Below the pieces are notes generated by a model, which saw only the letters and a list, made by a program, of their open reading frames with translations, had not been told where the DNA came from and did not search any database. Of a stretch of 64,000 bases of DNA, positions 53,484 through 62,186 are shown one piece after another. Location of the stretch: NCBI GenBank assembly GCA_036689305.1, contig CP144787.1, forward strand, positions 7,667-71,666, written 5' to 3'. How positions within the stretch are numbered: position 1 is the stretch's first letter; the number at the start of each line of letters is the position of its first letter. The DNA comes from Candidatus Stammera capleta. Its GTDB lineage: Bacteria; Pseudomonadota; Gammaproteobacteria; Enterobacterales; Enterobacteriaceae. Position numbers and translations under genes: made by a program.

Positions 53484-54387
53484 ATAAGTATATTTAATGT
53501 TATTATATAACAATTATTTACTTTGTATTTTTAAAAAATCAAAAAAATTTTTTTTTTATTAAATTTTAATTATAGAATTTTATTAAAAAATTAAAATTTA
53601 TTATTTTATAAGAATATATTTTTAATGTTAATATTGTTATTTTAAAAATTTAATATAATTTTTTTTGTTAACTATAAATAATATATTAAATTATTATAAT
53701 AATTTTATTTTAATTTGTATTTTTACATGAAATTTTTATATTTTAAATAATTATTTATGTATAATTAGTGTATTTGGTAATTTATTTGGTTAAATTCAAT
53801 TTAAATAATTATAAAAATTATTATATTGTTTAATATAAATAAATGATAGAATATAATTTATTTTATATATGTATATATTTATTTATTTTTAAGTATTATA
53901 TTAAAGATTTTTAAAATAATTAAAATTTAAATTTTATAAAAAATTTTCTTTTTTATTGATTAAAATGTAATATTTTAAAATTTATTATTAATTTCAAAAT
54001 TAATATTATTTATAAAATATATTAATATAATTATTTTATTTATAGATATAATATTATATATATTATAGATAAATTAATGATAAATATAATTTATATATAT
54101 ATTGATATATATATAAAAAATTATTTTATATAATTGTAATTTTAATTGATAATGATTCTTGATTTTACATTTATTGATAATAAGTATATTTTTATATATG
54201 TGTTGAATATATAGGTTAATTTTAATATTAAATTAATATTAAATTATAGTTGTTATAAAATCTTTAATATTGGTTTTATTATTAATTTTAATGATAGTTA
54301 TTATTTATCATATAACATGTAATGTTATAATGGGATTTAATTTAATGAAATATATTAATTACATAAATTTTTCAAATATTATATAAT

Positions 54388-55260
54388 ATGTTGTTATTTC
54401 AAGATTTAATTTTAAAATTAACAAAATATTGGTCTAAATTAGGTTGTAATATTTTACAATCGTATAATTTAGAAATTGGGGCCGCTACTTTACATCCTAT
54501 AACTTTTTTTTCTACTTTAAATGTAAAAAATTTTTTTTATGCATATACGCAATTGTGTAAAAGACCTAATGATGGAGATATTAGCAAAAATTATACTTTA
54601 AATAAATTACAAGAATATTATCAATTTCAGGTAATTATAAAACCACCATTTAATAATATTCAAGAATTGTATTTAAATTCTTTAAAATATGTAGGAATAG
54701 ATTTTTGTTCTAATGAAATTAATTTTATAGAAAGTAATTGGGAGAATCCTACTTTAGGTGCTTATGGTATTGGGTCTGAAGTATGGATAAATGGTGTAGA
54801 AGTTACTCAATTTACTTATTTTCAACAAATGGGTAGTTATGAATGTTTTCCAGTAGTAATAGAGATTGCTTATGGTTTAGAGAGATTATGTTTGCATTTG
54901 CAAAATATATATAATTTTAATGATATATTATGGAATAAAAATAAATATGGAACATTAAAGTATAGTATGATTAATGAAAATATTGAAAAAGAAAAATCAT
55001 TATATAATTACTATATTTCTGATATAAAATTTTTATATTCATGTTTGAAATTATATGAAAAAGAATCTTATAGATTATTAAAAATTAAAAATCCTTTATT
55101 TTTCCAATCATATGATTTTGCATTAAAAATGATACATTATTTTAATTTATTGAATTCTAGAAATTATTTTTCCGTTATTAGTAAACAAAACTTCATCTTA
55201 AGAATAAGAAGGTTGTTTAAAAAAATAGCTTATTTTTATTTAATATTTTTAAAAAATTAA
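54388..55260 (+). CDS. glyQ: Glycine--tRNA ligase alpha subunit
   Basis: FQDLILKLTKYWSKLGCNILQSYNLEIGAATLHP parallels E. coli [34 protein letters not shown], and QFTYFQQMG and AYGLERL are present. Confidence 0.95.
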   Translation: MLLFQDLILKLTKYWSKLGCNILQSYNLEIGAATLHPITFFSTLNVKNFFYAYTQLCKRPNDGDISKNYTLNKLQEYYQFQVIIKPPFNNIQELYLNSLKYVGIDFCSNEINFIESNWENPTLGAYGIGSEVWINGVEVTQFTYFQQMGSYECFPVVIEIAYGLERLCLHLQNIYNFNDILWNKNKYGTLKYSMINENIEKEKSLYNYYISDIKFLYSCLKLYEKESYRLLKIKNPLFFQSYDFALKMIHYFNLLNSRNYFSVISKQNFILRIRRLFKKIAYFYLIFLKN

Positions 55261-55273
55261 TGGTTTTAATTTT

Positions 55274-57355
55274 ATGAAAATTAATAGGAGGGGCGTTTTA
55301 CTTATTGAGATAGCTATAGAGGAATTGCCTTTATTAAATTTTAAAAAATTAGGTGTTTTTTTTTTAAAAAATTTAGATATAGAATTTAAAAATTATTATC
55401 TAAATTTTATAAAAATGAAATATTTTATTACTTTAAGAAGAATAACATTATTAATATATGATTTATATTTTTTTTCAAAAATTAAATATAATTTATTATA
55501 TGGTCCGGAAATTACAAATAATATTAAAAGTAAATATTTTATATTAAAAGTTAAAAAATGGTGTAAAAGAAATAGATTAAATTTTAATAAAATTAAATAT
55601 AAATATGAAAATAATAAAAAAAGATATTTTTTCTTAAAAAGAATAAGTAAAAATATTAATTATTTAGTACCTTTAATTTTAAAAAAAATTTTATTTAAAT
55701 TATCCATAACTAATAAAAATATGAGGTGGGATGATAATAAAAAAAATTTTTTTATTAAACCTATTAGAAATATTTTATTAATGTATAATAATAATATTTT
55801 AGATGCTAAAATATTTGGGGTAAAAACTAATAATATTACTTTTGGTTATAAGTATATAAATTATTTGCCGTTAAAAATTAATACAGCTAAAAATTATATT
55901 AAATTATTATTTAAATATAGAAAAGTTTTAATATCTTTAAAAGACCGTATAAGTAAGATTAAAAAAAAATTAAAAAAGATATTAGATTATAATTATTTAA
56001 TAAGAAAAAAAAAATTTTTAAAATATGCAAGTTTTTATTTTGAATATCCTACCTTAATTAAATTGAAATTTAATAAGAGTTTTTTATTTTTTTCGAAAGA
56101 CATTATTTTGTATGTAATAGAAAAAAAATTTAAATGTTTTTCTTTATTTAATAAATTTTCATGTATTACAAATTTTTATATTCTTATATGTAATAAAAAT
56201 TTAGTTAATTTTTCTTTATTAAAATTAAGATACAAATATTTAATAAATAATGAATTTATATATATAAATTATTTGTATGAAAATGACAGAAAAAAAAAAT
56301 TAATTGATTATTTGTTAGATTTAAAAAAAATAACTTTTTATAAAAAATTAAGTACTATTTATGATAAAGTTAAGAGAATAGCTTATTTAACAAGATTTAT
56401 TGCGGATATTTTATCTATTTATGTACGTATTAATAAAAAAATTTTATTTCGTTGTGTTTTATTATGTAAATGTGATTTAGCTACTAATTTATGTAGAAAA
56501 TATTCGAAATTAAAGGGAATTATTGGTATGTATTATTCATTGTTAGATGGTGAAGATAAATCCATATATAATGCCATTAAAGAATATTATTATCCTAATT
56601 TTATTGGAAAAAATTATAAATTTAAATCTTTTTACGGTATTATTTTATCTATAGGAGATAAATTAGATGATATTATATTTTTATCTTTTAATAATATTCA
56701 TTTAATAAAAAAAAGTAATGATCCTTATGGATTAAGAAAATTAGCAACATCAATTTTAGAGATTATTTTAAATAATGAAATTTATATTAATATTTATGAT
56801 TTAATTAAAAGAAGTTGTTTTTTGTATTGTAAAAATAAATCTTATATTGAAGATTATATTTTAAATATTAATAAATTTATTTTTAAAAGATCTTTAAGTA
56901 TTTTTTTAAAAAAAAATTTTTCTTTAAAATTAATTAATTTATTTATTGTATTTAATAATTTTAATTTTTTAGATTTATATAATAGAATTTATTCTTTTTC
57001 ATTTTATACTGATTGTGAGTTAGATATTTTTTTAACAAGAATAATAAGAGTTAAAAATATTTTATTAAAAAGTAATTTAAATTTTAAAAATTTTAAATTT
57101 AATAAATTTTTATTAATGGAAAAAGAAGAATTAATTTTGTATAAAAAATATAAAAAATTAAAAAAACAATTTATAATTAGTGTAAAAAAATGTGATTATA
57201 AGAAATTTTCGAACTATTTATTTTATTTTTCTAAATTTATTGATGTTTTTTTTAATAATGTTAAAGTAAATATTTTGAATAAAAAAATTAAATATAATAG
57301 ATTATTATTTTTATGTAAATTAAATAAATTTATTATGAATTTTATAAGTTTTTAA
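55274..57355 (+). CDS. glyS: Glycine--tRNA ligase beta subunit
   Basis: It lies immediately downstream of glyQ. Size is 693 aa versus 689 in E. coli. The N-terminal LLIEIAIEELP parallels FLVEIGTEELP, with scattered conserved patches (MRWDD, DPYGLRK). The protein is otherwise very diverged. Confidence 0.88.
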   Translation: MKINRRGVLLIEIAIEELPLLNFKKLGVFFLKNLDIEFKNYYLNFIKMKYFITLRRITLLIYDLYFFSKIKYNLLYGPEITNNIKSKYFILKVKKWCKRNRLNFNKIKYKYENNKKRYFFLKRISKNINYLVPLILKKILFKLSITNKNMRWDDNKKNFFIKPIRNILLMYNNNILDAKIFGVKTNNITFGYKYINYLPLKINTAKNYIKLLFKYRKVLISLKDRISKIKKKLKKILDYNYLIRKKKFLKYASFYFEYPTLIKLKFNKSFLFFSKDIILYVIEKKFKCFSLFNKFSCITNFYILICNKNLVNFSLLKLRYKYLINNEFIYINYLYENDRKKKLIDYLLDLKKITFYKKLSTIYDKVKRIAYLTRFIADILSIYVRINKKILFRCVLLCKCDLATNLCRKYSKLKGIIGMYYSLLDGEDKSIYNAIKEYYYPNFIGKNYKFKSFYGIILSIGDKLDDIIFLSFNNIHLIKKSNDPYGLRKLATSILEIILNNEIYINIYDLIKRSCFLYCKNKSYIEDYILNINKFIFKRSLSIFLKKNFSLKLINLFIVFNNFNFLDLYNRIYSFSFYTDCELDIFLTRIIRVKNILLKSNLNFKNFKFNKFLLMEKEELILYKKYKKLKKQFIISVKKCDYKKFSNYLFYFSKFIDVFFNNVKVNILNKKIKYNRLLFLCKLNKFIMNFISF

Positions 57356-57356
57356 A

Positions 57357-58445
57357 TTAAATAATTATTCCTCCACCTAAACATATTTTTTTTTTATAAA
57401 AAACAACTGATTGCCCAGAAGTAATAGCAAAAATATACTTTTTTAATTTTATTTTAAATTTTTTTTTTAATTTATATATAGTGCATTTTTTTTTATTTTG
57501 TTGAGATCTAATTTTTAATTTGCATTTTAAATGTTTTTTAATTTTTCTTTTAGGATTTATAAAATATATTTTTTTAATAAAAAATATTTTCATATATAAA
57601 AATTTATTTTTTTTATTTTTACTTACTATAAGTAAATTTTGTTTTATTTTTTTTTTTGTTACATAGTAAGGTTTGTGATTTCCTAAATTTAAGTTTAAAT
57701 GTTTTCTTTGACCTATAGTATAATAAAATAATCCTTTATGTAATCCTATATTTTTTTTTGTTTCATAATCTATTATATTACCAGGTTTATTTTTAATATA
57801 TTTACTTATAAATTTATGATATTTTTTTTTACCTATAAAACATATACCTGTAGAATCTTTTTTATTTGCATTTATTAAATTTATATTTTTTGCTATTTCT
57901 CTGATATTTTTTTTTTTATATTTCCCTAATGGAAATAAACATTTTTTTATTTGATTTTGTTTGATTTTATATAAAAAATAACTTTGATCTTTTTTTTTAT
58001 CATTACCTTGTATAAGGTCGTAATTTTTTGTAACTCTTTTTTTATTAACATAATGACCAGTAGAGATGAAATTATTTTTTAAAACTTTATTAGAAAATTT
58101 TAAAAAAAGTTTTAATTTTATTTCTTTATTACATAAAATATCCGGATTAGGTGTGTTTCCCTTTTTTAATTCTTTTATAAATGGCATAAATACTTTATTC
58201 CAATATTCATAAGAAAAATTTATGTTATATAGTTTTAAATTTAATAATTTACATACTTTTTGTGTATCTTTAAAATCTTTATAGGAATTGCAATTCTTAA
58301 GTTTGTCATTTTCATCCCAAGCAGTTATAAAAACACATGTAACTTTATAACCTAATTTTTTTAATATCCATGCAGCAACTGAGGAATCAACTCCACCAGA
58401 TAATGCTAAACTAACTTTATTTATTTTAATAATATTAAATTTCAT
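57357..58445 (-). CDS. mnmA: tRNA-specific 2-thiouridylase MnmA
   Basis: The PP-loop ALSGGVDSSVAAWILKKLGYKV is present, along with GNTPNPDILCNKEIK, DQSYFLY and DSTGICFIG. Confidence 0.94.
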   Translation of the reverse strand: MKFNIIKINKVSLALSGGVDSSVAAWILKKLGYKVTCVFITAWDENDKLKNCNSYKDFKDTQKVCKLLNLKLYNINFSYEYWNKVFMPFIKELKKGNTPNPDILCNKEIKLKLFLKFSNKVLKNNFISTGHYVNKKRVTKNYDLIQGNDKKKDQSYFLYKIKQNQIKKCLFPLGKYKKKNIREIAKNINLINANKKDSTGICFIGKKKYHKFISKYIKNKPGNIIDYETKKNIGLHKGLFYYTIGQRKHLNLNLGNHKPYYVTKKKIKQNLLIVSKNKKNKFLYMKIFFIKKIYFINPKRKIKKHLKCKLKIRSQQNKKKCTIYKLKKKFKIKLKKYIFAITSGQSVVFYKKKICLGGGIII

Positions 58446-58463
58446 GTTTATTATATAATAGTG

Positions 58464-59309
58464 TTAAATATAGTAAGAAGATCTTATTAATGGGCCGGAT
58501 TTTACATATTTAAAACCAATTTTATGTGCTATTTTTTTTAATTTATTAAATTCATATGGTGATAAATATTTTATTACTTTAGTATGTTTTTTACTTGGCT
58601 GTAAATATTGACCTATTGATAAAATATCAACTTTTATATTATGTAATTTTTTGAATAATTTTATTAATTCTTTAGTGTTTTCTCCTAATCCTACCATTAT
58701 ACCTGTTTTTGTTTTTATGTTATTATTAGATTTTTTTATTTTTTTTAATAGTTTTATAGATGAATTGTAATTTGAATTTGATTTAATAATTTGAAAGATT
58801 TTTTTTGTTGTTTCAATATTATGGTTAAATATATCAGGTGGGTATTTAGAAAATATTTTTATTGCTTTTTTAAGATTTCTTTTAAAATCTGGCGTTAAAA
58901 TTTCTATTGTTATTTTAGGGAAATTCTTTCTTATTATTTTAATGCATTTTTTGTATTGATTTATTCCTTCATCTTTTAAATCATCTCTTGTTACAGATGT
59001 AATAATTATATGTTTGATATTTTGTTTTTTTATTATTTTATTTATTTTTTCAGGTTCTTCTTTATTAATTTTTTTACATGGATTACCATATTTTATATTA
59101 CAAAAAGAACATCTTCTTGTACATATTTTACCTAAAATTAAAAATGCAGCTTTATTTTTGTTAAAACATTTATATATATTGGGACATAATGATTTTTTAC
59201 ATATTGTATTTAATGAATATTTCTTTATATATTTTTCAAATTTTTTATTTTTTTTGTAATTTAATGGTAGTTTAATTTTAATCCATTTAGGTTTGTTTAA
59301 AATTTTCAT
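58464..59309 (-). CDS. lipA: Lipoyl synthase
   Basis: CKKSLCPNIYKCF and AAFLILGKICTRRCSFCNIKYG contain the two Fe-S cluster cysteine motifs, and the C-terminal SGPLIRSSY is present. Confidence 0.95.
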   Translation of the reverse strand: MKILNKPKWIKIKLPLNYKKNKKFEKYIKKYSLNTICKKSLCPNIYKCFNKNKAAFLILGKICTRRCSFCNIKYGNPCKKINKEEPEKINKIIKKQNIKHIIITSVTRDDLKDEGINQYKKCIKIIRKNFPKITIEILTPDFKRNLKKAIKIFSKYPPDIFNHNIETTKKIFQIIKSNSNYNSSIKLLKKIKKSNNNIKTKTGIMVGLGENTKELIKLFKKLHNIKVDILSIGQYLQPSKKHTKVIKYLSPYEFNKLKKIAHKIGFKYVKSGPLIRSSYYI

Positions 59310-59312
59310 GTT

Positions 59313-59927
59313 TTATTTTTTATTAAAATAGTAAATAAATTTTTTAGCTAAGAGATAGTGTATTTTTTTGTTTTTTTTATTTTTATTAAATGTATTAAAT
59401 GTATTTAAATTAATCATTTTTATTTTTTTTTCACCACATGGGGTGATTTTTTTAAATGGTTTTAAATTCATAGATACATTTAATGCTAATCCATGCATAG
59501 AATAGTTGTTTTTAATATTTAATCCTATAGAGCATATTTTTTTTTGATTAATAAATATACCTGAATATTTTTTTGTATTTATATTATTTATATTAAATAT
59601 TTTTAATGTATTTATAGTTGATTTAATAATAATTTTAATAAATTTTTTAATTTTTATTTTTTTTTTCTTAATATCTATTAAAAAATAAATTATTTTCTGA
59701 CCAGGACCATGGTAAGTTATTTTACCTCCTCTATTACTGTATTTAACTGGTATGTTATTTATTATTTTTTTTCTATTTTTGTTTTCTTTTCTACCATAAA
59801 CATAGATAGGATAATGTTCTACAAGCCATATTTCATCTTTAGTTTTTGAGTTTCTTTTTTTATTAAAAAGAAGCATTTTATTATTTATGGTATTCCAATG
59901 TTGAATTCCGAAATTTTTAATTAACAT
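59313..59927 (-). CDS. lipB: Octanoyltransferase LipB
   Basis: DEIWLVEHYPIY, RGGKITYHGPGQ and PCG are LipB motifs. It follows the lipA-lipB order and overlaps the dacA 3' end by 11 nt. Confidence 0.92.
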   Translation of the reverse strand: MLIKNFGIQHWNTINNKMLLFNKKRNSKTKDEIWLVEHYPIYVYGRKENKNRKKIINNIPVKYSNRGGKITYHGPGQKIIYFLIDIKKKKIKIKKFIKIIIKSTINTLKIFNINNINTKKYSGIFINQKKICSIGLNIKNNYSMHGLALNVSMNLKPFKKITPCGEKKIKMINLNTFNTFNKNKKNKKIHYLLAKKFIYYFNKK

Positions 59928-61095
59928 AATTTAATATAAAATATTTTTTAATTATATGTATTATATATTTTTTAATATTTTTTAATATATTTTTTTGTTT
60001 TATTTTATTTAAAATAATTAAAGGATAATTTTTTGTTTTTTTTTTATATTTTGTTTTAATTGATATTTTCCCTATTATTTGAAATTGATTAATTTTTTTA
60101 AAAAGTTTTTTATTTTTATAAAAAATAAAATTAATTTTAATAAATTCTTTTTTAATGTTTTTAGGAAATGTTATATATATATTTTGATAAGTACCAATAT
60201 AAATATTATTTTTATATTTTAATAATTTTTTTTTAGATATTAATATTTTTTTTGTTTTAAAATTTTTTAATCCCAAATTTATTAATATTTTATTATATTT
60301 TTCTCTTTCCCCAATAGATTTAGTTCCTAAAATTACAGATATTAATCTCATATTTTTATTAAAAGAAGAAGCTGCTAAATTATAACCAGCATTTTCTGTA
60401 TGTCCTGTTTTTATTCCATCAACATTTAATGTTTTATCCCATAATAAATTATTTCTATTTTTTTGTTTTACTTTATTAAAAGTAAAATATTTTTCTTTAT
60501 ATATTTTGTATTCTTCAGGTAAAGTTTTAATTAAATAACTACTTAATATAGAAATATCTTCAGCAGAAGTATATTGATTAAAATTATCTAATCCATGTGT
60601 TGTGGTAAAATTTGTATTTTTTAAATTATTTTTTTTTACATATTTATTCATTAATTTAATGAAATTTTCTTGGTTTTGTGATATATAATTAGCTATAGCT
60701 ACACATGCATCGTTACCTGATTGTATTATGATACCTTTTTTCAGATCTGATATTTTTACTATATCATTTTTATTAATAAACATAAGAGATGAGTTTTTAA
60801 AAATTGGATTTATTTTGGTCCATGAAGAATTTTTGATTTTTACAAGATTTGAGTTTTTTATTTTATTTTTTTTTATTAAATCTCCAATTATATAACTAGT
60901 CATTATTTTTGTTAAACTAGCTGGGCTGCATTTTTTTTTTATTTTTTCTTCAATAAGTTTCATTCCAGAATTATGTTCTATGAGAATATAAGATTTAGCT
61001 TTAATTTTTTTTAGATTTTTATATGCATATATTTTAGTATTTTGACTTAATATTAAAGTTATTATTAAAATATATAAAATATTTTTGAAATTCAT
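59917..61095 (-). CDS. dacA: D-alanyl-D-alanine carboxypeptidase (PBP5/6 class)
   Basis: It has a signal peptide and the motifs SPASLTKIMT (SxxK), QSGNDA (SxN) and IKTGHT (KTG). It lies between lipB and rodA, as in E. coli. Confidence 0.92.
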   Translation of the reverse strand: MNFKNILYILIITLILSQNTKIYAYKNLKKIKAKSYILIEHNSGMKLIEEKIKKKCSPASLTKIMTSYIIGDLIKKNKIKNSNLVKIKNSSWTKINPIFKNSSLMFINKNDIVKISDLKKGIIIQSGNDACVAIANYISQNQENFIKLMNKYVKKNNLKNTNFTTTHGLDNFNQYTSAEDISILSSYLIKTLPEEYKIYKEKYFTFNKVKQKNRNNLLWDKTLNVDGIKTGHTENAGYNLAASSFNKNMRLISVILGTKSIGEREKYNKILINLGLKNFKTKKILISKKKLLKYKNNIYIGTYQNIYITFPKNIKKEFIKINFIFYKNKKLFKKINQFQIIGKISIKTKYKKKTKNYPLIILNKIKQKNILKNIKKYIIHIIKKYFILNYVN

Positions 61096-61096
61096 T

Positions 61097-62173
61097 TTAT
61101 TTTTTGTGATTTTTTATTGCTATTATAATGCCAAAAATAATAGTCATACATAATGTTGATGATCCACCATAACTTATTAATGGTAATGGTATACCTACTA
61201 TAGGTAATATTCCTATCACCATAGATATATTTATAAATATACAAATACTGAAAATTGCTATTAAGCTAGAAGATAGTAATTTATTAAAATTATTTTTAGT
61301 TTTATATGTAATAAAAAGACTTTTAGTAATTAATATAATATATATTAATAATAATATTATTATACCTATATAACCAGTTTCTTCCGCGATAACAGCAAAT
61401 ATAAAATCAGTTGTTTGTTCAGGAATAAATTCAAATTTTGATTGTGTGCCATTTAAAATTCCTTTACCCCATAAACCACCGGATCCTATAGCAATTTTAG
61501 ATTGATTAATGTGATAATTAGTGGAATTATTTTTTTTATTGTAATTAAATAATGTTAATATTCTATTTTTTTGATAATTTTTTAAAAAAAAAATCCAAAT
61601 TATTGGTAATATTATTGGTAATATTAATAAAAAAAAAAAAATTTTTTTTTTTTTTATACCTCCAAAATATAGAGTTATAAAACCAGAAATTATTATTAAT
61701 ATAGCTGTACCTAAATCTGGTTGAATGACAATCATTATAGCTGGTATGAATATTATAATAAGAGATAAAATTATTTTTTTATTTTCTATTGGATAAGAAT
61801 TTTCATTGATAATTTTAGATATCATTATAGGTATAATTATTTTAAATAATTCTGAAGGTTGGAATTTAAAAAAATGTAAATTTATCCATCTTTTAGCTCC
61901 TTTATTAATTTTACTGGTTAATAGAACTATTATTAATAATATGTTACATATTATATAAATAATATTTGCATTTTTTTTATAAAAAACAGGATTTATATTT
62001 GATACAACTATCATAGTTATGATACTAATTATGATTTGTATTATTTTTTTAATAATTAAATATTTATTTTGTTTATTTTCTTTATATATAAATATTATGC
62101 TATATAATAATAATATCGAGATACATAACAAAATAATATAATCTAATTTTAAAAAATTTTTTTTTTTGTTCAT
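61097..62173 (-). CDS. mrdB: Peptidoglycan glycosyltransferase RodA (SEDS family)
   Basis: It is a polytopic membrane protein with conserved blocks: FQPSELFKI, IAIGSGGLWGKG, IPEQTTDFIFAVIAEETG and PLPLISYGGSS. It lies downstream of mrdA. Confidence 0.94.
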   Translation of the reverse strand: MNKKKNFLKLDYIILLCISILLLYSIIFIYKENKQNKYLIIKKIIQIIISIITMIVVSNINPVFYKKNANIIYIICNILLIIVLLTSKINKGAKRWINLHFFKFQPSELFKIIIPIMISKIINENSYPIENKKIILSLIIIFIPAIMIVIQPDLGTAILIIISGFITLYFGGIKKKKIFFFLLILPIILPIIWIFFLKNYQKNRILTLFNYNKKNNSTNYHINQSKIAIGSGGLWGKGILNGTQSKFEFIPEQTTDFIFAVIAEETGYIGIIILLLIYIILITKSLFITYKTKNNFNKLLSSSLIAIFSICIFINISMVIGILPIVGIPLPLISYGGSSTLCMTIIFGIIIAIKNHKK

Positions 62174-62186
62174 TATAAAAAATAAT

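Noticed and set aside
54224-54245. A tandem 11-nt duplication (AATATTAAATT x2), together with other short A/T repeats, considered as a possible CRISPR or structured repeat array.
   Set aside because: There are only two units and no spacer-repeat periodicity. This is low-complexity A/T sequence of the kind expected by chance and slippage in such DNA. No cas genes are present in the window.
53484-54387. The idea that the 904-bp AT-rich spacer is the chromosomal replication origin.
   Set aside because: I found no DnaA-box-like 9-mers or GATC clusters. There is no flanking dnaA, dnaN, gidA or mnmG-type gene context. The qualitative strand-composition pattern looks the same on both sides. I keep it as an unexplained spacer rather than an origin call.
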